DNA of 64,000 nucleotides from Armatimonadota bacterium (GTDB taxonomy: Bacteria; Armatimonadota; Zipacnadia; Zipacnadales; UBA11051), in contig JABLXH010000018.1 of the NCBI GenBank assembly GCA_013178155.1, positions 2,702 through 66,701 of the forward strand, read 5' to 3'. Below the pieces are notes generated by a model that saw only the letters and a program-made list of their open reading frames with translations, did not search any database and was not told where the DNA came from. The translations under genes and the position numbers were made by a program. Numbering within the stretch: the first letter of the stretch is position 1; the number at the start of each line of letters is the position of its first letter. Of the stretch, positions 56,053 to 64,000 are shown one piece after another.

Positions 56053-56109
56053 GCTGTTCCCCGCTCTCCCGCCGGGGTTGGGGTCGGAGTGTCACCCCCT
56101 CGCCTTTCT

Positions 56110-56150
56110 TCCCTCTCCACCCTGTGAAGAAGGGCCGGGGGTGAGGTCAC
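56110..56150. repeat. phage-block intergenic palindromic repeat, copy R4 (contains terminase stop codon)
   Basis: tccctctccaccctgtgaagaagggccgggggtgaggtcac. The terminase stop TGA (plus-strand tca) is at 56147-56149. Confidence 0.85.
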
Positions 56151-57667
56151 ACGATCCTCCCCCTGACCCCATCGTCCTCACCCCATGCCCGCACCGCCTC
56201 ACTCACCGCACCGGCCACCGCATCAGCCACATCCTTCGAACCCCCTGGCGGATGGTCCACCTTCACGCCCCGCACCAGCTCCAGCCGCCGCAGTTCCCGC
56301 AGCAACGGCTCGTAGGCATACATCCGGAGCCGCCCGTCATACGCCAACTCCTTCAGCGTCTCGTACGCCCCCGTATCCCGATCCACCGACACCGTCGCCA
56401 CCTGCAGACCGTGGCGCCGCAGAATCTGCTGACTATCGGCACTCTGCCAGCCGTCGTAGCTCACTTGGGCAATCGGAAAGCCCCGCGCTCTGAGCGCCAG
56501 TATCAGCTCGCGAACCTGTGCCAGGTCCACCTCCCCACGCGCGGGAGCCGCGATCCGGTGCATCAGCTCCACCACCGCCACCGGCCGCCCCGCCTCGGTG
56601 ACCACCTTTGCCATCGCCACGCCGCACGCATCCCGTCGCAGCCCCAGGTCCACGTGCACATATCGGGCCTCCCGGTCGTCAGGCCGAAACCACGCTGCCA
56701 GCGCGCCCTGGCCCTCGATCGGATGCCGCCGGTGCGCCTCGCAGGCCTCCTCCAGGGGCCCTATGTCCGTGAAGTAGGGCTGAAACGCCGTCCCGGGCAG
56801 CGCCGCCAGATCTCGCTTGGCCTTCTCTGGGTTCCGACGAAACTCCGCCTCATACTCCACGGGCACCGTCAGCCCATCAAACTCAAAACGCTTTCCGCAA
56901 AACCTCCCACGAGGCTTGACCTCCCACGTTGCCCTCCGCGACCCGTAGATCGTCGGATCACTCTCCGCCTCAGCCAGCTTCCGCATGACGAAATCGTCGC
57001 AGTGCCGCGGCGAAGAGGCGATAACCATCAGCCCCTGGTCGCCAAACCTTGACCGGATCCGCCGCTGCAAGGCCAGATACACATCCTCCGCCGCCTCCCG
57101 CCGACCATCCAGGGTCTCCACGAAGAAGCTCGCCTCATCCATGGTCGCGCACAGCACGTTCAGCCCCAGCGGAAAAGTCTCACTGGAATTACCCGGCAGC
57201 ACCACCACATTCTTCGGAAAGTGCAACTCTCGCCGCACCCGCGCATCGGGCTTGTAACGCTCCCCAAACCATGGCGACCGCTGCACCAGCTCCCGCAGCT
57301 CCCCAAACACCACCTTCTCCGCCACTCGCGCCGTCGGACCCACCGTCGCCAGGACGATCTGACTCCCCTCCGCCAACCCCAACTCCCTTTGCGGCGCCCG
57401 CAGACACAGCGTCCGATACAGCCGGTAGAGTAGCGCCAGCGTGCACAGGTACGACTTCCCACTCCCAATCCCCCAGCACAGCACCGCCTCCTGGTAACGG
57501 CCCCGGAAGATCCGTCCCAGCGTCCTCAGCACCTCCGGATAGACGCTGGCCCCCACCCCCAGGTACTCCTCGTCACACACAAAACGCCGCACCGAGACCG
57601 GCCTCTCATCCCACCTCTGTCGTCCCGCCCGGGCCACCGGCGCCAGACCTTCGCCCTTCTCGTCCAT
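56147..57667 (-). CDS. phage terminase large subunit
   Basis: Walker A-like 'CWGIGSGKSYLCT' near the N-terminus and a C-terminal nuclease-like region. 506 aa. First gene of the block. Confidence 0.78.
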   Translation of the reverse strand: MDEKGEGLAPVARAGRQRWDERPVSVRRFVCDEEYLGVGASVYPEVLRTLGRIFRGRYQEAVLCWGIGSGKSYLCTLALLYRLYRTLCLRAPQRELGLAEGSQIVLATVGPTARVAEKVVFGELRELVQRSPWFGERYKPDARVRRELHFPKNVVVLPGNSSETFPLGLNVLCATMDEASFFVETLDGRREAAEDVYLALQRRIRSRFGDQGLMVIASSPRHCDDFVMRKLAEAESDPTIYGSRRATWEVKPRGRFCGKRFEFDGLTVPVEYEAEFRRNPEKAKRDLAALPGTAFQPYFTDIGPLEEACEAHRRHPIEGQGALAAWFRPDDREARYVHVDLGLRRDACGVAMAKVVTEAGRPVAVVELMHRIAAPARGEVDLAQVRELILALRARGFPIAQVSYDGWQSADSQQILRRHGLQVATVSVDRDTGAYETLKELAYDGRLRMYAYEPLLRELRRLELVRGVKVDHPPGGSKDVADAVAGAVSEAVRAWGEDDGVRGRIV

Positions 57668-57763
57668 CTACCCCTCCCACGCCTCGCCCTGCACCAGCCT
57701 CCGCCGTTGCTCGGCAAGGGCTTGTCCCCCGCCCGCCATCGGTCCTCGCTCCCTCGCTGTTCT

Positions 57764-57802
57764 CCCCTCTCCACCCTGTGGAGAGGGGCTGGGGGTGAGG
57801 TC
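57764..57802. repeat. phage-block palindromic repeat, copy R5a (upstream of terminase)
   Basis: cccctctccaccctgtggagaggggctgggggtgaggtcc. Confidence 0.85.
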
Positions 57803-57816
57803 CAGCCCCCTGCCGT

Positions 57817-57860
57817 CCCCCTCTCCACCCTGCGGAGCGGGGCCGGGTGTGAGGTCTCAC
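57817..57860. repeat. phage-block palindromic repeat, copy R5b
   Basis: cccctctccaccctgcggagcggggccgggtgtgaggtctcac. It is preceded by 'tgccgtcc', as in R3b, so R3a/b and R5a/b are the same composite ~95-bp unit. Confidence 0.85.
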
Positions 57861-57985
57861 CATCAACCCCCATGTACTAAGCACACTCACAGACCGTTTC
57901 TCCCACTCACTCTGCTCCCGAAGACCAAACGGGGCGCGGTCTCCCGCGCCCCTCTCGGTTATCGCTTCGCCGACCCGCCGCTGGC

Positions 57986-58723
57986 TTACTCCTGCGGCCA
58001 GTCGTACCCCGGAAACTCACAATGCCCCGGACCCAGCTCGTGATGGTCCAGCCACCCCGTCGGTTTCCCCGGGCATGAGCCGGTGCCATCATTCACCCAC
58101 GGCCCCGACCCATACGCAAACCACTTGCCATGCCCATCCAGGAAAGCGAAGTTGTTACCGCCATTGTGCCGCGGCTTGACCTCATCGGGATAAAGCTGGC
58201 TCCATCCTGCCTGTCGCGGGTGCTCCGAAGCTGCATCATCCCACGTGCCCATCAGGCATGCGCCCTTCTCCAACAGAAGCAACGTGCTGGACGGATATGG
58301 CGGGTCATCCAGGTCTTGGGCGCTCACATACCGCGGCAGCGCATACCCCCGCTTCGGCCCCGTCTGCTGCACATCCGTTCCGTTCATCTGCACCGTCACC
58401 GTCTGCCCGTTGAACACGTTCATCGGACATACGAACACCTGCGTGTTCTTCACGTACGGCATGAGCTGAATGTCCCACGAGTAGCCCTGCCCGTCGGCCG
58501 GCCGCGGCCAGTGGTAGAGGTTCCAGCAGGGCACCAGGTTGTCAAAGTCACTGGCGTATAGCAGCGCCGCCGTCGCCAACTGCTTCATGTTGGAAAGGCA
58601 GTTCGCCTGCCGCGCCTTGCCCCTTGCCTGCGCGAACACGGGGAAAAGTATCGCCGCCAGGATCGCGATGATCGCGATTACCACCAGCAGCTCGATCAGC
58701 GAGAACCCATGTCTCCTGCCCAT
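57986..58723 (-). CDS. DUF1559 / H-X9-DG family protein with prepilin-type N-terminal methylation domain (second copy)
   Basis: '[49 protein letters not shown]...' and C-terminal '[14 protein letters not shown]'. ATG at 58721-58723. Confidence 0.85.
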   Translation of the reverse strand: MGRRHGFSLIELLVVIAIIAILAAILFPVFAQARGKARQANCLSNMKQLATAALLYASDFDNLVPCWNLYHWPRPADGQGYSWDIQLMPYVKNTQVFVCPMNVFNGQTVTVQMNGTDVQQTGPKRGYALPRYVSAQDLDDPPYPSSTLLLLEKGACLMGTWDDAASEHPRQAGWSQLYPDEVKPRHNGGNNFAFLDGHGKWFAYGSGPWVNDGTGSCPGKPTGWLDHHELGPGHCEFPGYDWPQE

Positions 58724-58969
58724 CGCAAGCACCGACCCTCCTGGCTGACCACCTGTCCCAGGCATCGTTTCACCAGCATCAAGCGGTACGCCAACACGTA
58801 CAGGATACCCCTGCCGGCAGTGCCAGAAACGCCCCCTCCTGGTCACCCCTTTGACCCTCTGTTGCCCCATCTGGTTTCCGGGTTCCTCCGCCACCGTTGC
58901 CAGGCGTCCGTCCCCCTCACCACCTCCGCCGCCCAGCCCACGGACATCCTCACCCCGCCCCCGTCTCTC

Positions 58970-61210
58970 TCACAGGTACCCCTCCCAGGGCCTTCCGATC
59001 TCATCCATGTAGTGCAATCCCAGCCACCCTAGAATGCTCGTGACCAGCGAACCGTTGTCCTCCGTGCGCGCCCCCAACCTCCCGTCCCGCCCGGTGAACA
59101 TCACCCAGCCCGGCCGCACCGTGTAGGCCTCCGTGATCCCCTTCATCCACTCGGCGAACACCGGGTCCGGTGGCAGCGCCGTGTTGTACTCCTTCAGCTC
59201 CCAATACAGATACGGCCCCACCCAGAATTCGTTCGGAATACCGAACTTCCGGCCCCGGATCACGCAGTTGTCAGTGACATAACGGTAGGCCAGCTTCGTG
59301 GCCCTCGCCGCCGCACGCGCCTCCTCCCGGTTGCCCAGCAGGTCCTCCACGAAGTAGTGCCCCATGGTCCCCTCGCCGATATACTGGTTGCCCAGGAAGG
59401 TGTGACAGCCCCCTTCCACCACGTCCTCGCACACATAGTCAAACCATCCTCCGCGCGGCTCCATCACTGACGTTGCCCACGCCGTCGTGTCCCGGAGCGC
59501 CTGCAGCCACGTCGCCGGCACCTCCCGTCCGCACGCCGCCAGGGCGTAAGCCATGTACGAGACACCCGCCATCGCCCGGCCCGTGTACACCTCACACTGC
59601 CGCCCCTCCTGCACGTACACCGTCTGCTTGAGCGGCGCGCCATAGGACGACAGGGTGTAGTGTCGGATCACATGCTCCCAGCCGTCCTTCGGCGCTACCG
59701 AGGTGCGGATGATGAAATCGGCGGCCGCATGGCCGGCCCGCAGCAGTTTCCCGACATACGCCTCCTGTCCCGGCACGCGCCGGAAGTACAGAATCGCCCG
59801 GGCTATGGGGCGTACCCATTCGCCCACTTGGTTGCTGTCACGGCCCGACTGGCTCACACCCCCGCGCCCGCCCAGCACATCTCCGTAGTTGTCCACCAGT
59901 TCGTTGGTATACGTCCGCGCGCCCCCGTCCGGATCCTGCATGCCACGGATCATGTAGTCCAGATTGTTCCGCAGCAACCCTTCGGCATACCGCAACCTCT
60001 CGCTGTCACCCGCCCGCCGCAGCGCTTCGCAGGCAAACACCAGCCCCGTCACTCCCGCCTCCAGCCCCTCCGTGTGCTTGCCCGTGTCGCTGCAGAAACC
60101 TCGCAGCCACAGCGGATAGGTCTGCTTGTTATACGGGTCGTAGGTGTGGGGGATGTTGATACTGCTGTGGGTCGTCATCCCCCCGTAGTATCGGTCAATG
60201 ATCCAGGCCACCATCCCCAGCCGATGCGAGAGCGCCGTATAGGTCATGCTCTCGCCGGGCTTCCTTACATAGAAGTCGTCGGCTCCCACACGCCCCCCGC
60301 ACAGCGACCGCTGCCCGCGCACGATGTCGGCTGTCAGCAGGTAGTACCCCGGCGGTAGACCGGCCAGCGACGCCGCCAGCGGTATCTCGGCCTCGGTGCC
60401 CCCTGACACCGCCTGCGGCAGGGCGACCCGCTGCCGAAACAGCCGGTCCGTGAACACATTCCGCGCCGTCAGCAGCACCCCGTCACTCGTCGCCAGGGCA
60501 CAATCCGCCCCCGTCGTCAGCTTAAGCACACACGGCAGGCTTTCGGTACCCGCCTCAATCAGCCGCCATGCCTGGTCTTTCCCCGTGTAAAGTTCCGCCC
60601 GGCACTCGGCCGCCGGCAGAACAGCATCGGCCACAGCCGTCTTCTCCAGCGAGAACCCATCTACCGTAAACTGCATCTGCAGCTTGTCCGGGTACTCGTT
60701 CTCGCAGACAAACAGGTGCACCCGCGTCACCCGGTCCAGGTCCGGCACCCGCGACAGGTCAAACCGCGCCTGCACCCACTTCCCCGCGCGGAAGGGCGGA
60801 ACCAGCTCGTTGAGCGTACAGACCCCGCCGGTATGCAGAATGAAGCGAATGGGGAAGAGGCGCTTGCGGTCACTGCTATCCACTCGGATCCAGAAGCTGA
60901 CGCTGTTGTAGCCACTCCAGTCCTGCGGCGGGTCCAGCAGCACCTGACACGAGGGCCAGCCCTCCGGATACGTCGCCCCGGGTGGGCCCATCCGGTCTAT
61001 CCTCACCGTAAATCGCACCGCCCGCCGTCCCGCCCTGGCCCCCGTCGTCACCATCGCCACCGCGCCCTCAGGTCCGCCGCTGTTCTCCCATTCCGCCGTC
61101 TCTGTCAGGGCCTCAAGGTCCTTGCTCTCCAGGACCGTCACCAGCCCTTGCCCGCAAGCCCCTGCCGCCGCCAGGAGCGCTAACAGCAAGCATGTCACTG
61201 CCTTCAGCAT
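58970..61210 (-). CDS. secreted hypothetical protein (747 aa), candidate polysaccharide-active enzyme (N-terminal beta-sandwich plus alpha-helical barrel-like region)
   Basis: Signal peptide 'MLKAVTCLLLALLAAAGACGQG'. No confident family. It sits 4 nt downstream of the TPR gene on the same strand. Confidence 0.6.
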   Translation of the reverse strand: MLKAVTCLLLALLAAAGACGQGLVTVLESKDLEALTETAEWENSGGPEGAVAMVTTGARAGRRAVRFTVRIDRMGPPGATYPEGWPSCQVLLDPPQDWSGYNSVSFWIRVDSSDRKRLFPIRFILHTGGVCTLNELVPPFRAGKWVQARFDLSRVPDLDRVTRVHLFVCENEYPDKLQMQFTVDGFSLEKTAVADAVLPAAECRAELYTGKDQAWRLIEAGTESLPCVLKLTTGADCALATSDGVLLTARNVFTDRLFRQRVALPQAVSGGTEAEIPLAASLAGLPPGYYLLTADIVRGQRSLCGGRVGADDFYVRKPGESMTYTALSHRLGMVAWIIDRYYGGMTTHSSINIPHTYDPYNKQTYPLWLRGFCSDTGKHTEGLEAGVTGLVFACEALRRAGDSERLRYAEGLLRNNLDYMIRGMQDPDGGARTYTNELVDNYGDVLGGRGGVSQSGRDSNQVGEWVRPIARAILYFRRVPGQEAYVGKLLRAGHAAADFIIRTSVAPKDGWEHVIRHYTLSSYGAPLKQTVYVQEGRQCEVYTGRAMAGVSYMAYALAACGREVPATWLQALRDTTAWATSVMEPRGGWFDYVCEDVVEGGCHTFLGNQYIGEGTMGHYFVEDLLGNREEARAAARATKLAYRYVTDNCVIRGRKFGIPNEFWVGPYLYWELKEYNTALPPDPVFAEWMKGITEAYTVRPGWVMFTGRDGRLGARTEDNGSLVTSILGWLGLHYMDEIGRPWEGYL

Positions 61211-61214
61211 GGCC

Positions 61215-62327
61215 CTACTGCTCTCCCGCCAGACGCTCCAACTGCCGCCGGGCGATGGGGTCATTGGGGTCTAGCTGCAGTATCTGCTGCCACACCTGTC
61301 GCGCCTCATCATACCGCCCCAGGATCTCCAGCACATGCCCCCACGCTCGCCGCTGGATCGGCGGGCTGCCCAGCCGCGCCGCCTGCGCATAGTACTTCTC
61401 CGCCAGCAGGTACCGCTTCTGCATCCGGTAGTAGTTCGCCAGCTCGTCCGCCGCGTCCCAGCTCAACGGGTTAGCCGCAATTGCCCGGCGGTAGGTGCTG
61501 ATAGCCTCCCCGTGTCGCCCCATGCTCCACTGCAGCCACCCAATGTTGCTGTACCCCTCCACGTTCTGCGGGTCAAAGACCAGCGATGCCTCCAGGCACC
61601 GGATGCACTGATCGTAGTTTCCTTTGTGCCACCACCAGTCACACTCGCTGATCAGCGCATCCGCCACCTGTCCCCACAGGTCCGCCCGGTCCGCGGGCGC
61701 ATGAGCCCGGTCCGCAACCACCTCGACCCCCTCGGCCACAGGCTCCCACGGCGCGGCCAGCGCCTGTTCCACGCAGTCTTGCAGAAACCGGGACAGGTGC
61801 GGGCGTGCGTTCTGCAACGCCTCCTCCGCCCGCCGGCCGCCCACCCGCCACAGGCCCGCCACCGCGTAGTACCGCAACCAAGCCGGTGCGTAGCCCAGTG
61901 CCACGCGGGCCGCGGGCAGGCCGCTGTCCTCTCCGAGCAGGCATAGCGACACCCCCGCCTGCATCCGGACCTCCCGGTCCGCGTCCTGCCGCAGCGTCTC
62001 CAGCGCCGGCACACCCTCGGCCATCCCCAGCAACCCCAGCAACAGCGCCGCTCGTCGCCTCTCGGTCGTCACCTTATCCCGGCTCGCGGCGACGGCCGGC
62101 TCACAGAGCGCGGCCTGGTCCTCCAGGATCGCAAGTGGCCCCCATTCGGGCCGCCCCGGCCGCTCGCCCAACTCCGCCACCCACCCGTGTTGGGCGTCAT
62201 CGGACCGCTCCTCCATGGGCGGTGGACCTTCCATCGGTGGTCGCGGCGTCGCCGCCAGACCCGGAGTGCCCGCCAGAACGACTACCATCATTCCCACATA
62301 TACCAGCACAGCCAGGCCCGTTCTCAT
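61215..62327 (-). CDS. secreted TPR/HEAT repeat protein
   Basis: Signal peptide 'MRTGLAVLVYVGMMVVVLAGTPGLAA'. C-terminal TPR motifs ('WWWHKGNYDQCIRCLEASLVFDPQNVEGYSNIGWLQWSMGRHGEAISTYRRAIAANP'). Confidence 0.7.
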   Translation of the reverse strand: MRTGLAVLVYVGMMVVVLAGTPGLAATPRPPMEGPPPMEERSDDAQHGWVAELGERPGRPEWGPLAILEDQAALCEPAVAASRDKVTTERRRAALLLGLLGMAEGVPALETLRQDADREVRMQAGVSLCLLGEDSGLPAARVALGYAPAWLRYYAVAGLWRVGGRRAEEALQNARPHLSRFLQDCVEQALAAPWEPVAEGVEVVADRAHAPADRADLWGQVADALISECDWWWHKGNYDQCIRCLEASLVFDPQNVEGYSNIGWLQWSMGRHGEAISTYRRAIAANPLSWDAADELANYYRMQKRYLLAEKYYAQAARLGSPPIQRRAWGHVLEILGRYDEARQVWQQILQLDPNDPIARRQLERLAGEQ

Positions 62328-62380
62328 GGTTGCAGATCCCCTGTCGGTAGTCGGCACGTGGTCCCACTCCCTTACCCGCA

Positions 62381-62863
62381 TCAGGTCGCGTGCACCGCGC
62401 GCAGCACTAGCCCTATCCCTATCGTCAGCACCCCCACGGCGAACGCCACGAGGCCCAGAACAGCCGCCACTCGCGCCGCAGTGACGATGCCCGCTCCCTC
62501 AGCTTCCCCCGCCAAAGCGGCCTCCCGCAGGGCCAGCACAGAGAATACCGGCGCCAGGCACGGGAAGACGATCCCCATCACCCCCAGTACCAGCGCCGTC
62601 ACTCCCCGGCCCACCGCCGGCGTCACTGCCACTGATGGAGGCGGCGCGGGGGCGTCAGGGGCCGCGGGCGGCAGCATCGCTGGGGGCGGAGGGGGTGCAG
62701 CCGCCGCCAGCGGGTGCCCACACCGCCAACACCGCTCCTCGCTCGCGTAGAGCACCTCACCACATTCCCGACAGCGCACCTGCCCGTCGGGCAGCGCCTC
62801 GCCCGGGGGCGGGGGAGGGAGCGGTAGCCCGGCCTTCCTGCCATCGTCCGACTGCTCAACCAT
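62381..62863 (-). CDS. zinc-ribbon domain membrane protein (CxxC..CxxC + Pro-rich linker + C-terminal TM helices), paralog 1
   Basis: 'VRCRECGEVLYASEERCWRCGH', then PPPPP linkers and two hydrophobic helices. Confidence 0.6.
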   Translation of the reverse strand: MVEQSDDGRKAGLPLPPPPPGEALPDGQVRCRECGEVLYASEERCWRCGHPLAAAAPPPPPAMLPPAAPDAPAPPPSVAVTPAVGRGVTALVLGVMGIVFPCLAPVFSVLALREAALAGEAEGAGIVTAARVAAVLGLVAFAVGVLTIGIGLVLRAVHAT

Positions 62864-62889
62864 GCGGGGCTGGACCCTCTCCTAGCTGC

Positions 62890-63402
62890 TCACGAAGTCG
62901 CGAAGACTCTGAACGAGACGAACAGGGCAAGGGCGCCAACGACCAGGGCCGCCGTCGCCAGCTTGGCTTGTCCCGCCTTGTAGGCCTTGCCGACATGGTA
63001 GAGCATGACCGGGGCCGCGATGAAACCTCCCACAGGCAGCACGCACAAGAAGGCCAGGACCAGGGCGACCACGCCGGGGCTGAGTGTGCCGGGGGTCGGC
63101 TCCGGTGCAGCCGCGTCGCCCCGCTCCACCAGTGCCACAGGCTCGGCTATGGATCGCGGAACACTACCCTCCACTGCCGCCGGCCGCTCGTGACCGCACT
63201 TCCAGCACACCCTCTCCACCTGCAGGAGCGGGGTAGCGCACTTGGCGCAGCGGTACTGCCCCGCCGGCAGGTCGGAGGGGTTGCACTGCGGGCATCGGCC
63301 CCCCAACGCGGGGTCGAGGGCGCCACCACAGCGTACACAGCGCATCACCTCGCCCGGGTCCGCCTTCCTTACCCGCCTCGCTCGCGCTCGCATCGGGCGC
63401 AT
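62890..63402 (-). CDS. double zinc-ribbon membrane protein, paralog 2
   Basis: 'MRCVRCGGALDPALGGRCPQCN' and 'YRCAKCATPLLQVERVCWKCGH', then TM helices. The ORF-track start is GTG at 63447. ATG at 63402 has GGAGGAGGG immediately upstream. Confidence 0.6.
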   Translation of the reverse strand: MRPMRARARRVRKADPGEVMRCVRCGGALDPALGGRCPQCNPSDLPAGQYRCAKCATPLLQVERVCWKCGHERPAAVEGSVPRSIAEPVALVERGDAAAPEPTPGTLSPGVVALVLAFLCVLPVGGFIAAPVMLYHVGKAYKAGQAKLATAALVVGALALFVSFRVFATS

Positions 63403-63772
63403 TTCCCTCCTCCGCGGGAGCCAACCTGCATCCAGACAGGTCCTCACGACGTTTGACGGCCGTCCCGCCGGGTATAATGACAGTGCAAGCGCGAGAGTGC
63501 CGAAGCGAAGCTGTCAAAACTGAAGCCGTAAAGTCCAGAAAGGAGTGCTGGACCATAGCTGTAGCCGCAAACAATCCCACGAACTCGCCCGGCCTAACCG
63601 ACGGATGATTTTGGGGCTATAGACGGCCCTCGGGAGTTACACTCCAACATGAACTCGGGAAGGCGCCGTTCAAGAGGGCGAGTTCGCTGGTTCTGGGAGA
63701 CCCCCGCCCGGCCGCTGCGCTGCTCCCCCTCCGACCGCTGCCTCAGCCCCCCCGGGCCTCGACCCTGACCAC

Positions 63773-64000
63773 TCATCCCTTCCGTGCGCGGATCAGATAG
63801 GTCGTGCAGCGGGCCCAGGTAGCCACCTGGTCTGATATGCTTCCCAGCAGGCGCTCCGTCAGCGAACGCGTGCGCGTCATTCCCACAATGATGGCGTCAA
63901 ACTCCCAGGCCGCCGCCAGAATGCCCTCCGCAACATCCCCGCTGCTCGCCACCCGAAAGCTTACCTCGCCCAGGAACCCGCACTGCTCTGCCACACTCCG
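63773..64000 (-). CDS. universal stress protein (UspA family), C-terminal part; the gene continues beyond the window end
   Basis: C-terminal Usp signature 'FDAIIVGMTRTRSLTERLLGSISDQV'. Usp proteins are ~140 aa, so the N-terminus lies past position 64000. Confidence 0.65.
   Translation of the reverse strand, partial: RSVAEQCGFLGEVSFRVASSGDVAEGILAAAWEFDAIIVGMTRTRSLTERLLGSISDQVATWARCTTYLIRARKG

Larger units (their letters stand above)
36964..57860 (-). mobile_element. phage-derived head-tail-lysis gene block (GTA-like element or defective prophage), ~21 kb, all genes on the minus strand
   Basis: Order is terminase, BNR protein, portal, protease, scaffold-like, HK97 capsid, giant LamG/FN3 protein, gp6-like connector, tail genes, two giant distal-tail proteins and a holin. 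No integrase, small terminase, replication or repressor genes are inside or flanking within the window. A conserved intergenic repeat family is confined to this block. Confidence 0.7.

Noticed and set aside
36964-57860. Intact temperate prophage interpretation
   Set aside because: No integrase, excisionase, repressor, replication or small-terminase genes and no flanking tRNA were found in the 64-kb window, which fully contains both ends of the block. The possibility is not excluded, only disfavoured, because att sites could not be searched computationally.
63164-63776. Minus-strand ORFs 63164..63580 (138 aa) and 63594..63776 (60 aa) in and around the AT-rich intergenic region
   Set aside because: The first overlaps the zinc-ribbon gene in another frame and the second lies in the terminator/leader region. 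Both are compositionally implausible.
1-64000. CRISPR arrays, tRNA/rRNA genes, IS elements
   Set aside because: No spacer-repeat periodicity, no tRNA-like cloverleaf candidates in intergenic regions and no transposase-like ORFs were seen. The only direct and inverted repeat families are those reported above.

Overview
This is a 64 kb, ~68% GC bacterial chromosomal window with dense coding and no rRNA, tRNA or CRISPR array seen. Two DUF1559 (prepilin-like N-terminus plus H-X9-DG motif) proteins and many secreted glycan-active proteins suggest a Planctomycetota or Armatimonadota-like host. This is inference from the gene content.

The host backbone carries carbohydrate-active genes: a GH127 beta-L-arabinofuranosidase, a parallel beta-helix protein, a GH5-like DUF5060 protein and two other secreted hydrolase-like proteins. 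It also carries housekeeping genes: ribokinase, PPi/ATP phosphofructokinase, class IV aminotransferase, signal peptidase I, SecG, a HIT protein, a sugar-phosphate isomerase and a Gfo/Idh oxidoreductase. Regulators include a REC-GGDEF diguanylate cyclase, a single-domain REC response regulator, a PadR regulator and an unusual 886-aa protein that ends in a complete GreA module. An orphan secretin is also present.

The main finding is a ~21 kb block of phage-derived genes, all on the minus strand, at about 36.96-57.86 kb. Reading 5' to 3' on that strand it encodes large terminase, a small BNR-repeat protein, an HK97-type portal, a prohead protease, a scaffold-like protein and an HK97-fold major capsid. 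These are followed by a 1136-aa LamG/FN3 giant protein, a gp6-like head-tail connector, tail genes, two very large distal tail/host-specificity-like proteins (1070 and 765 aa) and an LL-H-like holin.

Inside the window the block has no integrase, small terminase, replication or repressor genes and no recognisable long tape-measure protein. Host genes flank it on both sides. This head-tail-lysis-only layout resembles a gene transfer agent (GTA) or a domesticated or defective prophage.

Almost every intergenic gap in the block holds a conserved ~40 bp GC-rich palindromic repeat (CCCCTCTCCACCCTGTGGAGAGGGGCCGGGGGTGAGGTCAC). In several cases the upstream gene's stop codon sits inside the repeat. 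This looks like an element-specific regulatory or terminator repeat family.

Other features worth a second look:
- a protein with about nine tandem 13-aa Met-rich repeats (MPGMMPGGGPGGG)
- an 11-bp x6 tandem repeat in a promoter region
- two adjacent paralogous secreted proteins
- two adjacent double-zinc-ribbon membrane proteins
- strong GC-rich hairpins acting as bidirectional terminators
- a comparatively AT-rich 325-bp intergenic region

Coordinates of CDS starts were refined from the ORF track by locating signal peptides, ATG/GTG codons and GGAGG-like ribosome-binding sites. Repeat and hairpin coordinates may be off by 1-2 nt.
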